A DNA stretch of 64,000 bases. Source: an uncultured Clostridia bacterium (GTDB lineage: Bacteria; Bacillota; Clostridia; Christensenellales; CAG-917). The DNA is taken from assembly GCA_934254835.1 (NCBI GenBank), contig CAKQMI010000002.1, forward strand, positions 10,240-74,239. Direction: 5' to 3'. Position numbers and translations under genes: made by a program. The notes under the pieces were generated by a model. That model was not told the DNA's origin. It saw only the letters and a program-made list of their open reading frames with translations, and searched no databases. This document shows, piece after piece, positions 15,431-25,382 of the stretch. Each line of letters starts with the position of its first letter. Positions within the stretch are counted from its first letter, which is position 1.

Positions 15431-16522
15431 CTATTTCGGCAAGGTTTTTTGTGAATGGTCGGCGCAAAGACAAAGTACGCCCGAAAATGTCATGAACGCC
15501 ACAAGACTGCTTCCGCCCGCGCTGATGAACGGCAACGGCAACCCCGTCGGGGGAATCGCACCGCTTACGACCGCAAAATTTATCACGCTTTGCACCGCGA
15601 CGATTGCCGTTATCCCCGTCGCAAGATAACTTTTGAAGCGGGTTTTTGCGTTTATCGCGATTTTTATGCCAGAATATATGAAAACGACAAAAATAATTGC
15701 AAGCGTCACCACACCGAAAAATCCCGTTTCCTCGCCGATGACCGACAGTACGAAGTCGCTTTCCGAAAAAGGCAAAAACAAATATTTCTGACGGCTGTTG
15801 AGATAGCCGAGCCCGAAAAACCCTCCGCCCCCGAGCGCATAATAACTTTGTATGAGTTGGTACCCCTCGCCTTTCGGGTTCTCCCACGGGTTCAGAAAAG
15901 CAAGAAGTCTTTTCATGCGGTACGGCTCGGCAATAATAAGCGCGGGGACGGCAAGGACGGCGGGTGCAATCACCGTCAAAAGTTTCTTTCTTTTCAGTCC
16001 GCAGACGAACAGCATAATAAGCATTACTGCGCCCAAACATACCGTAATTGACATATTTGGCTCCAAAATAATCAAAATGCACGAAAAAACGCCGAAAAAC
16101 AGAATTTTCAGCAACGTTTTTGTATCATTTACGTCGTTATCGGCGCAAATTCCCGCACAAAACACCGCATATCCGAACTTTGCGTACTCGGACGGCTGTA
16201 TCGTGAAAAACCCGAGGTTTATCCATCGCTTTGCCCCGTAACTTTCGACGCCTACGTTCGGCACGAATACGAGAGCCAGCAAAATCAGGCTGAAAACCAT
16301 AATCGGATATTTGGCTTTTTTCAGTTTTTCGACGTCGAATATCCGCACGGCGAACATCAAAAACAGTCCGATTGCAAACGCTATCCCCTGCTTTTTGACG
16401 TAAAAAAAAGCGTCGCCCGCATCGATGAGCGCAGAATATCGCGACGCACTGAATATAAACGCCATTCCGATGAGCGACAGCAATACGGACGTGGCGTAAA
16501 CGGTGACGACGTACTTTTTCAT
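15431..16522 (-). CDS. ftsW: FtsW/RodA/SpoVE-family peptidoglycan glycosyltransferase
   Basis: 363 aa and polytopic. C-terminal GLPLPFISAGGSSLV signature. Located between murD and murA in the dcw cluster. Confidence 0.88.
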   Translation of the reverse strand: MKKYVVTVYATSVLLSLIGMAFIFSASRYSALIDAGDAFFYVKKQGIAFAIGLFLMFAVRIFDVEKLKKAKYPIMVFSLILLALVFVPNVGVESYGAKRWINLGFFTIQPSEYAKFGYAVFCAGICADNDVNDTKTLLKILFFGVFSCILIILEPNMSITVCLGAVMLIMLFVCGLKRKKLLTVIAPAVLAVPALIIAEPYRMKRLLAFLNPWENPKGEGYQLIQSYYALGGGGFFGLGYLNSRQKYLFLPFSESDFVLSVIGEETGFFGVVTLAIIFVVFIYSGIKIAINAKTRFKSYLATGITAIVAVQSVINFAVVSGAIPPTGLPLPFISAGGSSLVAFMTFSGVLCLCADHSQKTLPK

Positions 16523-17826
16523 AACTCGAAAAACAACTCGTCAAAGGCTTTGCCCCGCTCGACGTAGTTTTTGTATCCGTCGAAGCTCGACGACGCCGGT
16601 GAAAACAAAACGTTGTCGGCACGCACCACCACGCTTTCCATAAAACACTCTTTGAGCGTCCGCCGATAGGTCACGTTGTAAAAGCCTTCGGCAATGGCTC
16701 CGTCCATAATTTCGCGTGAGTTTTCGCCCGTAATAAACGCATGAATTACATTTTTGGGCAAGTTTTTGAACAAATCTGCAAAATTTTCGCCCTTTCCGCG
16801 CCCGCCGAGTATCAAAACTGTATCGCCTTTCAGACTTTTCGCGCTTTTTAGGGTGGCGGACACGTTGGTGCCCTTGCTGTCGTTATAAAACTTTCTGCCC
16901 CTTTTCTCGCCGAGATAGGTCACGCGGTACAGCGGTGCGACGAAACATTTCAAAGTCATTCTGATGATTTCGGGATTGATTTTTCGCGCCATACAAGCGG
17001 TGGTTGTCGCAAGGACGTTTTCAAGATTGACGCCCGCGCACGCCGAAAGTTCGGTGCAGTTTGCGATATGTATTCGTTTTTCGTCCTCGAACACGATTTC
17101 GTCGCCGTCGAGATACGCGCCCCTTACCCGCTTTTCCGTGCTGAAAAAATACTTGTCGGCTTTGACGATTTTGGAAATATCATTTGACGTTTCGTCATCG
17201 GCGTTCAAAACGGCGATTTCCCTTTCGCACTGTCCCTCGAAAAGTTTGGCTTTCAGACTTTTATAAGTCGCAAGGTTTTTGTGGCGGTCGAGATGGTCGG
17301 ACGTGACGTTGGTCAGCACCGCGATATCTGGACAAAGTTTTTTCGTGGTTTCCAACTGAAAACTGCTGACTTCCACCACCGCGATATCGTCGGACGACAG
17401 CGACAGCACCTTTTGCGACAGCGGGACGCCGACGTTGCCTAGAGCATACGACTGATATCCCGCCCCGTTCAGCACGTCGTTTATCATAAGCGTGACGGTG
17501 GTTTTTCCGTTTGTACCGCTCACCGCGATAAACTCGCTTTCCAAAAAGTCGGTGGCAAGCGACAACTCGCCCGTGACCTTGTTTTCTTTCACCGCTTTTG
17601 CAATCGACGGCGTATCGATCGGCACCGCCGGACTTAATACCGTCAAGTCCGCAGACGACGAAAACCTTGCGTCCGACACCACGGTCACGCCCTTTGGAAT
17701 TTCTTTGTTGTTTATATCGTCGTCGAAAACGTAAACGTCCGCACCCTTTCTTTTCAAAAGTTCGATTGCCGAAAGTCCGCTCGATTCGAGCCCGTACACC
17801 AAAACCTTTTTGTTCCTAAAATTCAT
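16519..17826 (-). CDS. murD: UDP-N-acetylmuramoylalanine--D-glutamate ligase MurD
   Basis: 435 aa. N-terminal Rossmann VLVYGLESSGLS and Mur ligase P-loop VSGTNGKTT. ATGA overlap with ftsW. Confidence 0.92.
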   Translation of the reverse strand: MNFRNKKVLVYGLESSGLSAIELLKRKGADVYVFDDDINNKEIPKGVTVVSDARFSSSADLTVLSPAVPIDTPSIAKAVKENKVTGELSLATDFLESEFIAVSGTNGKTTVTLMINDVLNGAGYQSYALGNVGVPLSQKVLSLSSDDIAVVEVSSFQLETTKKLCPDIAVLTNVTSDHLDRHKNLATYKSLKAKLFEGQCEREIAVLNADDETSNDISKIVKADKYFFSTEKRVRGAYLDGDEIVFEDEKRIHIANCTELSACAGVNLENVLATTTACMARKINPEIIRMTLKCFVAPLYRVTYLGEKRGRKFYNDSKGTNVSATLKSAKSLKGDTVLILGGRGKGENFADLFKNLPKNVIHAFITGENSREIMDGAIAEGFYNVTYRRTLKECFMESVVVRADNVLFSPASSSFDGYKNYVERGKAFDELFFEL

Positions 17827-18826
17827 ACATCACCTTTGAAATCACGTTAAGCGCGCCAAACAGCAACGTTATCACCTGATACCGACACACTACGTTCCAC
17901 TCGGGTATCCCCTTCTTTTCCAGATGATGATGATACGGAGCCATTAAAAACACTCGCTTCTTTTTGAGTTTGAAATAAGTTACCTGCACAATTACTGATA
18001 TGCAGGACACCACAAACATTATGCCCGATATCATTATCGAAAAAGGATTTTTCAGAAAAACCGCAACAGTCGCCACCGCGCTTCCGAGCGCAAGACTGCC
18101 GGTATCGCCCATCATGATTTTGGCGGGATTGAAGTTGTACCACAAAAACGCCGAAAGTCCCCCGACAAGCGACGCCGAAAACACCGCGATTCCTTTGACC
18201 TCGGTTGCGGTCAAGTCCTGCCCGTAATAAGTCAACCCCAAAACCTCGACGATTGCGATTATTACAAATCCCAAAAAATAAATGAGCGACGTCGTCGTCG
18301 CAAGTCCGTCCAAACCGTCGGTCAGGTTCACGGCGTTGGTGGTCGCGATGTAAACAAGCATCGTGAACGGAATTATTCCATAAGAAAAATCGGCGGTCGC
18401 CGTCGTGAACGGAAACGCCACTTTACTTCCTATCACGGGATTTTTATATACGAATACCGACGCGATAACCGCAAGCCCCGTCTGCCCGATAATCTTTTGG
18501 TACGGCTTCAACCCCATATTGTCGTGGGTTTTTATCTTCAAAAAGTCGTCCAAAAATCCGACGAGCGAGTACCCCAGCATCAACAGCACCGCCACAAGCG
18601 ACAACTTGCTATACCCGACGGCAAGCGTCACCACCGCGACGGGCAACAAAAAAATTATCCCGCCCATCGTCGGCGTGCCCTCTTTTGCGCTGTGTTGCGT
18701 GACGTAGCCGAGTATCACCTGTCCGGCTTTCAGTTTCTTCATCGTCTTTATGACAAGCGGAGCAATCAGCATCGAAAATAAAAAGGTCGCCGTCAGCGCG
18801 ATAAAACACGAAAGTTCGATTTTCAC
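17816..18826 (-). CDS. mraY: Phospho-N-acetylmuramoyl-pentapeptide transferase MraY
   Basis: 336 aa with GTG start. Contains TPTMGGIIF, NLTDGLDGLA and MGDTGSLALG motifs. Confidence 0.95.
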   Translation of the reverse strand: MKIELSCFIALTATFLFSMLIAPLVIKTMKKLKAGQVILGYVTQHSAKEGTPTMGGIIFLLPVAVVTLAVGYSKLSLVAVLLMLGYSLVGFLDDFLKIKTHDNMGLKPYQKIIGQTGLAVIASVFVYKNPVIGSKVAFPFTTATADFSYGIIPFTMLVYIATTNAVNLTDGLDGLATTTSLIYFLGFVIIAIVEVLGLTYYGQDLTATEVKGIAVFSASLVGGLSAFLWYNFNPAKIMMGDTGSLALGSAVATVAVFLKNPFSIMISGIMFVVSCISVIVQVTYFKLKKKRVFLMAPYHHHLEKKGIPEWNVVCRYQVITLLFGALNVISKVMYEF

Positions 18827-20268
18827 CTTTCACCTCTTGATAAAGCGATGGCTTCGTCGATGTCCGAATATCTAACGCGACGTCCGTTTCGCTCTATGTA
18901 CTTCTCCGCGCCCTTGCCGGCAACAACCAGTAAATCGCCGTCTTTCAAAAGTCCCGACGCAAACTCGACCGCCTCTTTTCGCTCCTCGACGATAAAGACT
19001 TTTCCGTTTCCTTTCGCGCCCTCCATTATGTCGGATATGATATTTTTCAAAGGCTCGCTTCGGCTGTTGTCCTCGGTGACGATTACTATGTCCGAAAGAC
19101 GCGACGCGATTTCGCCCATTATTTTGCGTTTTCCTTTGTCGCGATCCCCTCCGCAACCGAACACCGTTATCATTTTCCCGCGCGAAAGCGTGCGTGCGGT
19201 TTTCAAAAGTTTCTCCATTCCGTCGGGCGTATGTGCAAAATCGACGATGATTTTTGCGTTTTTGTACGAAAAAATGTTAAATCTCCCCGGTATCGGCGGT
19301 AATTTTTGTAAACTTTCTGCAATTACGGGCATCGGCACTTTCAGCGTTTTTAGTAACGTCACCGCAGAAAGCGCGTTCAAAACGTTGTATTTTCCGAAAA
19401 GTGGCATGTACAACTCGTATATCTCGTCAAAGACGTTGACGACAAACGACGTGCCTTTGCTTTTTCGCGCGATGTTAACCGCAAACACGTCGCTCGGCTC
19501 GTCGATGCCGTAGGATATTATCGGCATATCGAAGGTTTTATATAACTCCCGTCCCAAATTATCGTCCACGTTTACTATCGCGCTTTTGGTCATTCCGTTT
19601 TTGAAAAATGACAATTTTGTGTCGTAATAACTCGAAAAACTGCAAAAATAATCCAAATGTTCGGGTGAAACGTTGGTAAAAATGCTAATATCGCTTGTTA
19701 TCCCGTACAACCTGTCCTGCGCGATTGCGTGCGCCGACACCTCCATCACGACTATTTCGACGCCCGCCCTCACCATTTTCCTGAAAAGTCGGTTCAGAGT
19801 GAAACTATCGGGCGTTGTGAGGTCCGCTTCGTACGTTTCGTCCAGTATTTTATAGCCGATTGTGCCGATTACGCCCGTCTTATACCCCGCCGATTTCAAT
19901 AAATGCTCGACGATATACGACGTCGTGGTTTTGCCGTTCGTGCCGACGATTGATACAATTTTTAACTTCAAATGCGGTTTTTCAAAGAAATTTTGGCATA
20001 TTTTGCTGTAACTCTGCCTTGAATTTGTAACAATCGCTGTCGGAAGTCCGCTTTCGGTGGCGTGCTCGGAAAGGATTGCAACCGCGCCAAGCATCTCCGC
20101 TTCGAGGGCGTGATTGTGTCCGTCGTCGCCTCTCCCCTTAATTGCGACGAACAAATCGCCGTCTTTCACCTGCCTGCTGTCGGTTGCGATTCCCTTGATT
20201 TTAATTTCCGACATATCCGTTTTACTTTCGTAAGGAAGGTTTTCAAAAAGTTTTTCAATCGTAATCAT
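18823..20268 (-). CDS. murE: UDP-MurNAc-L-Ala-D-Glu--2,6-diaminopimelate ligase MurE
   Basis: 481 aa. VGTNGKTTTSY P-loop, and DFAHTPDGMEKLL plus a DNSRSEP (DNPR-like) block, which are typical of MurE. Confidence 0.92.
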   Translation of the reverse strand: MITIEKLFENLPYESKTDMSEIKIKGIATDSRQVKDGDLFVAIKGRGDDGHNHALEAEMLGAVAILSEHATESGLPTAIVTNSRQSYSKICQNFFEKPHLKLKIVSIVGTNGKTTTSYIVEHLLKSAGYKTGVIGTIGYKILDETYEADLTTPDSFTLNRLFRKMVRAGVEIVVMEVSAHAIAQDRLYGITSDISIFTNVSPEHLDYFCSFSSYYDTKLSFFKNGMTKSAIVNVDDNLGRELYKTFDMPIISYGIDEPSDVFAVNIARKSKGTSFVVNVFDEIYELYMPLFGKYNVLNALSAVTLLKTLKVPMPVIAESLQKLPPIPGRFNIFSYKNAKIIVDFAHTPDGMEKLLKTARTLSRGKMITVFGCGGDRDKGKRKIMGEIASRLSDIVIVTEDNSRSEPLKNIISDIMEGAKGNGKVFIVEERKEAVEFASGLLKDGDLLVVAGKGAEKYIERNGRRVRYSDIDEAIALSRGER

Positions 20269-20378
20269 AGCGTCGCCCCTTTAATATTTATTATTATAAA
20301 TATTATCAAATGAACGACGCTATTACAACAGCGCGGTAAAATTAGACTTTTTTTGACAATCTTTGCTTTGCTCGGCTT

Positions 20379-22139
20379 TCAGTATTCATAGTCGTACGGG
20401 TTGAACGGCATGGACGCAACCTTGTCGCTTTCTTCGGTTATGCAAGGAGCAATGCCGAAATACGCAAACATTCCTTCGAATATTTCTTTGACAAAAGGCG
20501 CGGCAACGATACTTCCGTAGTACGCTCCGACAGGCTCGTCAACAAGAAACAAAACGACCGCTTCGTGACCTTCGTACTTCTCGAAGCCCAAAAAACTCGA
20601 TATGTATTTCCCGCCTGCAATCGCCCCGTTTTCGTATTTTTGCGCGGTGCCCGTCTTTCCGCCGACGTCGTAGCCGTTGATATACGCCCCTTTTCCACTG
20701 CCTTCGGTCACGACGGAATACAAAATTTTTATCAATTTTTCGGACGTCGCGCTTGAAATTACGCGGTTTTTTACGACGGGATTATTCTCTTTCACCACTC
20801 GTCCCGACGCGTCGGTTGCGCTTTTTAAGAGGTAAGGCGTGACGATTTCCCCTCCGTTTATCACCGCCGACGTCGCCACCGCAAGTTCGATCGGAGTCAG
20901 CGCAACCGCCTGCCCGAATCCTATTCTTGCAAGGTCAACGTTTTTGACGGTGTTTTCGGCAAGCGTGATTCCCCTTGTTTCGCCCGTCACGTCGATGCCG
21001 GTTTTCGTCATTATGCCAAAATTTTTCAGGTACGAATAAAACTTTTGAGTGCCGACTTGAAGCGCGCAATCCATAAAAACGCAGTTGCAACTGTTCCTGA
21101 CGCCCTCGGCAAAAGTTTGACTTCCGTGCCCTTTCGACCGCCAGCATTTTATCCTTTTTCCGTCAACAATGCGGTTGCCGGCGCAGTAAAATCTGTGCGA
21201 CTCGGGGAACGCGTTTTCTTCGATGGCGATTGCCGAAGTCAGGATTTTGAAGGTGCTTCCCGGCTCGTACACCGCCGACACCATAGTGTTTTTGCTGTAC
21301 TGAAAAAGAGCGGACAAGTCGCCACGCGGGACGTTGTTCAGGTCGTACGACGGGGTTTCCGCCATCGCAAGAATTTCGCCCGTCATCGGGTTCATCACAA
21401 GACACGACACCCTCTTTGCTTTGGTTTGGAGCATAGCCTTTTTTATGGTGTTTTCGACGATGCACTGAATGTAAAAATCGACGGTGAGCGTTAAATCCGC
21501 GCCCGACGTCGACGGGATATAATACCTCGTCCCGCCTATGCTCCGCCCCACGAGGTCGGCTTCGGACAGCACGCTTCCGTTCACGCCCGTGAGGTATTTG
21601 TCGTAATAGGACTCCAGTCCGCTTTGTCCCTGCAAATCGATATTTGTAAATCCCAAAACCTGCGTCATAAAGTCGCCGTACGGATAATAGCGAAAGCCGT
21701 CCTCCGAAATATAAATGCCTTTCTGGTTTTTTCGGACGATGCTCATCACCTTATCTTTTTCGACTTTTTTCGCAACGGTGATTTCGCCGACGCCTTTTTT
21801 TGTGATTTTTCCCAAAAGTTTTTGATAATCCGCGCCCGCGTATTCGGACAGGACCTTCGCCACTTCCTTTGGATTTTCGACGGCGTTCGGACGGACGTAA
21901 ATCGTATATCTTGTCGAGGTGTCGGCAAGCGTCACTCCGTTTCGGTCGTAAATTCCGCCCCGTCTTGCGACAAGCGGTAAGTCGCGATACCATTGTTCCG
22001 AGGCGCGCGCCTGCAACTTCGCGGACGAAAAAACCTGAACGTATAAAAACTTGAAAAGTACCGCCGTAAAGAAAAAGACTATTAACGTAAAAACAGTTAA
22101 TAGCCTTGGTTTGGGGTTATATATTAGGTTGTTGTTCAA
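20379..22139 (-). CDS. Class B penicillin-binding protein (FtsI/PBP2B/SpoVD type transpeptidase)
   Basis: 586 aa with TTG start. N-terminal TM helix, and STFK (SxxK), SCN (SxN) and KTGT motifs. Confidence 0.9.
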   Translation of the reverse strand: MNNNLIYNPKPRLLTVFTLIVFFFTAVLFKFLYVQVFSSAKLQARASEQWYRDLPLVARRGGIYDRNGVTLADTSTRYTIYVRPNAVENPKEVAKVLSEYAGADYQKLLGKITKKGVGEITVAKKVEKDKVMSIVRKNQKGIYISEDGFRYYPYGDFMTQVLGFTNIDLQGQSGLESYYDKYLTGVNGSVLSEADLVGRSIGGTRYYIPSTSGADLTLTVDFYIQCIVENTIKKAMLQTKAKRVSCLVMNPMTGEILAMAETPSYDLNNVPRGDLSALFQYSKNTMVSAVYEPGSTFKILTSAIAIEENAFPESHRFYCAGNRIVDGKRIKCWRSKGHGSQTFAEGVRNSCNCVFMDCALQVGTQKFYSYLKNFGIMTKTGIDVTGETRGITLAENTVKNVDLARIGFGQAVALTPIELAVATSAVINGGEIVTPYLLKSATDASGRVVKENNPVVKNRVISSATSEKLIKILYSVVTEGSGKGAYINGYDVGGKTGTAQKYENGAIAGGKYISSFLGFEKYEGHEAVVLFLVDEPVGAYYGSIVAAPFVKEIFEGMFAYFGIAPCITEESDKVASMPFNPYDYEY

Positions 22140-22155
22140 AAATTATAATTTCTCC

Positions 22156-22767
22156 TTATTCACCCAACTTATCGAGCACGGTATCGAACCAGTTCGTTTG
22201 AGTTTCAAAGGTATTATACGACGAGTGGACGAAATTAAGACCATTTTCGTTGACGTCGTAAAGACTGCTGACCGACGCGGAGGGTTCTTGCGCGGGCTCG
22301 ACGGACGGAGTATTGATAAGTTCCGCATTGACGATAACCAGCGTGACGATAAGCAATACTACCGCAAGGTACACAGCCATGATTACTTTGCCCTGAGTGC
22401 TGAGTTGTTTGGACGCCTTGCGTCTTGCCTGAGTGCGAGTTTGGGTTTCGCGCAATCTCATCGGCTCGAAAACTTCGACTTCCTGCTGTGCGGAATAGCG
22501 GTTTTCGATTGCCCCGCGACTGACGTTGTTGGTGTTAAGACGATTCCACAAGTCCTCGCGAGCGGGATCCTGGACGGGAGCGTACATATCCTGTCGAGGC
22601 ATAGGACGTTGATTGACCGCATCCGCCGAAGCATAACGATCGTACGTCGGTTGTTGACGGCCGAGACGCGCGTCAAAACTGGGCACGGGCCTGTCGGGGC
22701 TGTACGTGTAATCCCTGTTATCAATATCTTCTCTTAATCCTTCGCGGTTGACGGTGGTTCCTAACAT
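22156..22767 (-). CDS. Single-pass membrane protein at the FtsL position of the dcw cluster (203 aa)
   Basis: Lies between rsmH and the PBP gene, where ftsL normally sits. One TM helix (VIMAVYLAVVLLIVTLVIV), preceded by a ~115-aa R/Q/P/D/Y-rich cytoplasmic region. No recognisable similarity to FtsL was seen by eye. Confidence 0.5.
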   Translation of the reverse strand: MLGTTVNREGLREDIDNRDYTYSPDRPVPSFDARLGRQQPTYDRYASADAVNQRPMPRQDMYAPVQDPAREDLWNRLNTNNVSRGAIENRYSAQQEVEVFEPMRLRETQTRTQARRKASKQLSTQGKVIMAVYLAVVLLIVTLVIVNAELINTPSVEPAQEPSASVSSLYDVNENGLNFVHSSYNTFETQTNWFDTVLDKLGE

Positions 22768-22803
22768 TTCCCTATCCTCACTTATTTTATTTATAATACC
22801 TTA

Positions 22804-23742
22804 TTACAATTTTTCGATTATTCGCAATTTTGCGCTTTTGCTTCTGCCGTTTTCGTCCTGTTCGTCCTTCGACGGCAAAATTGCCTTATTTGATACAAAT
22901 TTTACGATTTCGTGCCTTCCGCATACGCATATCGGCAACGATTTGTCGCAAATGCACCCCGTTGCGAGGTCCTTCATCGTTTGTTTGACTATCCTGTCCT
23001 CTTCCGAGTGGAAAGTAATGACGCACATTCTTCCCTTGGGGTTCAGATAATCGACAAAAGTTCTCACCGCGGTGTCCAGACCTCTCAGCTCCCCGTTCAC
23101 TTCGATGCGGATTGCCTGAAAAGTGCGCTTTGACGGATTTCCGAATTTCCAGCGGTTCCCGGCGGGTACGCTGTATTCGATTATTTTTGCCAACTGCCCC
23201 GTCGTCGATACCGGCGACTTTTCTCTTTCGCGCACGATGTTTTTTGCGATGTTTCTTGCAAATCTTTCGTCACCGTACGAAAAGATGATTTTTTGGAGCT
23301 TTTCTTCGTCATAGAAGTTCACGACGTCGTATGCCGAAAAAGGCTTGCTCCTGTCCATTCTCATATCGAGCGGTGCGTCTTTCATATAAGAAAACCCGCG
23401 CTCCGCAACGTCGATTTGGTAACTTGAGACGCCAAGGTCGGCAAGCACTCCGTCAATCGATGAAACGGACAGTTCTTTCAGTATGTTTTCAACGTTCTTA
23501 AAATCATCGTGTACAAACGTGATTTTATCTTTATAGGCTTTCAGCCTTTCTTTGGAAAACGCGATTGCGTCCGCGTCTTTGTCAATCGAAATAAGTCGTC
23601 CTGTCGTCAGTCGCTTTGCGATTTCTCCGCTGTGCCCGCCTCCGCCTAACGTACAATCGACATAGATCCCGTCGGGCTTAATATTCAACCCTTCGATACA
23701 CTCGTTCAGGAGCACCGGAACGTGATTGAAATTTTCTTCCAT
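22804..23742 (-). CDS. rsmH: 16S rRNA (cytosine1402-N4)-methyltransferase RsmH
   Basis: 312 aa. HVPVLLNECIEGL, DCTLGGGGHS and DLGVSSYQID. Confidence 0.95.
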   Translation of the reverse strand: MEENFNHVPVLLNECIEGLNIKPDGIYVDCTLGGGGHSGEIAKRLTTGRLISIDKDADAIAFSKERLKAYKDKITFVHDDFKNVENILKELSVSSIDGVLADLGVSSYQIDVAERGFSYMKDAPLDMRMDRSKPFSAYDVVNFYDEEKLQKIIFSYGDERFARNIAKNIVREREKSPVSTTGQLAKIIEYSVPAGNRWKFGNPSKRTFQAIRIEVNGELRGLDTAVRTFVDYLNPKGRMCVITFHSEEDRIVKQTMKDLATGCICDKSLPICVCGRHEIVKFVSNKAILPSKDEQDENGRSKSAKLRIIEKL

Positions 23743-24191
23743 CAGAATCCGTATTTCCCGAGAGGCTCCAGCGACTTGTCGTATTCTTCGTCGTCGAGTT
23801 CTTGGAAGCGTTCGTTATAATTCTCCGCCGACCACAATTCGATTCTGTCAAACATTCCGACGAAAACGACGTCCTTTTGGATTTTCGCGATGCGCCTTAA
23901 ATTGGCGTCAAGCACAAAACGTCCTTGGTTGTCTTCTTCGGGAATCGACATCGTCGCAACCATTCTGCGAATGGCGTCGGTGGCTTCCTTGCCCTCTTCG
24001 GTGACGAATGAAATGTTTTTGGACTTCTCTTCGTAAAGATTTGCAAACTGCTCTTGTGAGTAAATGAACAAGCAACCGCTCGTCCCGCGAACTATGGCAA
24101 AATTCTGACCGAGTTCCGCTTTGAGTTTTGCGGGGATACGTAAACGGTTTTTCTGGTCGAGTTGGTGATTGTACTTTCCGACGTATGCCAT
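23742..24191 (-). CDS. mraZ: Transcriptional regulator MraZ
   Basis: 149 aa. Duplicated DQKNRLRIPAKL / DNQGRFVLDANL (DxxxR) motifs. First gene of the dcw cluster. Confidence 0.95.
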   Translation of the reverse strand: MAYVGKYNHQLDQKNRLRIPAKLKAELGQNFAIVRGTSGCLFIYSQEQFANLYEEKSKNISFVTEEGKEATDAIRRMVATMSIPEEDNQGRFVLDANLRRIAKIQKDVVFVGMFDRIELWSAENYNERFQELDDEEYDKSLEPLGKYGF

Positions 24192-24221
24192 AATTCCCTC
24201 CTTTAAGAAGTTTGTACACTA

Positions 24222-24256
24222 ATCATATCACATAGATTGACCACTTGCAACCACTT
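24222..24256 (-). promoter_or_regulatory. Candidate mraZ promoter overlapped by two direct AAGTGGT repeats (putative MraZ operator)
   Basis: Minus strand: AAAAGTGGTTGCAAGTGGTC-aatctatgtga-TATGAT. That gives TTGCAA (24245-24250), a 17-nt spacer and TATGAT (24222-24227). AAGTGGT boxes sit at 24240-24246 and 24250-24256, with a 10-nt period. The promoter is about 30 nt upstream of the SD and ATG. Confidence 0.45.
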
Positions 24257-24454
24257 TTAGCAATTTTTTTTGATTTTTTTCAGAAAAATTTTGTAAATTT
24301 TCTTAAATCCGTCGTTTTAATAGCAAATTTTCGACATAAATAGTAATATTTTGCTATTGACAGAAAATTGTTGTAGTGGTCAGCGTTCCCTAAGTTTTCG
24401 TGTTTGCCACCATATTATGCCCCAAAAGTCGATTTTGTGCAAGCGTTTTTACAT

Positions 24455-24483
24455 AAAAAAACAACCCGAAATTTATCGGGTTG
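24455..24483 (-). terminator. Rho-independent terminator after the metallophosphoesterase gene
   Basis: The minus strand reads CAACCCGA-TAAATT-TCGGGTTG followed by UUUUUUU. Confidence 0.75.
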
Positions 24484-24530
24484 AAATTGCGGATTTTTAA
24501 CTTTACTTCGTAAGGAAAAGTTTTTTGATT

Positions 24531-25232
24531 TTAATCTGCAGAAATTTCGTACAAGCGATTGCCCAACTTGTCGCACGACGTCATGATATATTCGATTCCG
24601 TTTTTTTCATGTGAAATTTCTGTCCTTCCACGCGCGCCGTGCAAGTGTCCGTACACCACTTTTTTGACGCCGTATTTTTCAGAAAGCAAGGTAAAGTCGC
24701 TGTCGGCGTTGTTCAGTTCGAACGGCGGGTAATGGAGCATTGCGATAATCTCGTCGCCCTCTTCTTGCATTTTCTTTGCCTCGGTCAAAGAAAGTTCGTA
24801 TCTTATGACTTCTCTTTTATAAACTTTTTCGTCCTCGGGCGTCTTGTTGGACTCGGGCAAAGTCCAGCCACGCGTCCCGCAAAAAACGTATTTGCCGAAT
24901 TTCAGGGCGTTGTTTTGTATCGCATAAATGTTTTTTTCGGCAAAAATATTGAAAAGTTTTGTATAGCTTTGCCACCAATAGTCGTGATTTCCGCGGATTA
25001 TTATCTTTTTTCCTTTCAATTTTTCGATTTCTCGGACGTCAACAAGCGCGTTTTCAAAGGTCATCGCCCAGGATAAATCGCCGGCAAGCAATACGATATC
25101 GTCGTCGGTCACTTTCTCCTGCCAGTCCGCGACGATTTGCTCGAAATGGTTTTCCCACATCGTTCCGAACACGTCCATCGGTTTATCCGACGAAAACGAT
25201 AAATGAAGGTCTGAAATTGCAAAAATTCTCAT
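24531..25232 (-). CDS. Metallophosphoesterase (calcineurin-like)
   Basis: 233 aa. Contains ISDLHL, LLAGDLS, RGNHDYW and GHLHG metal-ligand motifs. Confidence 0.85.
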   Translation of the reverse strand: MRIFAISDLHLSFSSDKPMDVFGTMWENHFEQIVADWQEKVTDDDIVLLAGDLSWAMTFENALVDVREIEKLKGKKIIIRGNHDYWWQSYTKLFNIFAEKNIYAIQNNALKFGKYVFCGTRGWTLPESNKTPEDEKVYKREVIRYELSLTEAKKMQEEGDEIIAMLHYPPFELNNADSDFTLLSEKYGVKKVVYGHLHGARGRTEISHEKNGIEYIMTSCDKLGNRLYEISAD

Positions 25233-25327
25233 ACTAATAGATTGCGCGCACGCTTTTTATATCGTTCTAATATATATACTTGTTATATCATATTATATAA
25301 AACTTTTCAAGCACTGGCGCGAATTTC

Positions 25328-25355
25328 ACAAAAAATTTATGCATTACATAAAATA
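25328..25355 (+). promoter_or_regulatory. Possible SigK/SigE-type (mother-cell) promoter
   Basis: AC (25328-25329), a 17-nt spacer, then CATAAAATA (25347-25355). This matches the SigK consensus AC-N16-17-CATA---TA and lies 28 nt upstream of the ATG. Confidence 0.3.
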
Positions 25356-25382
25356 AGGTATAAACGCTTTGGAGGTGTAAAA

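Noticed and set aside
15423-16082. 219-aa minus-strand ORF overlapping ftsW in another frame
   Set aside because: It is out of frame with the clearly conserved FtsW/SpoVE protein and has an R-rich, low-complexity translation.
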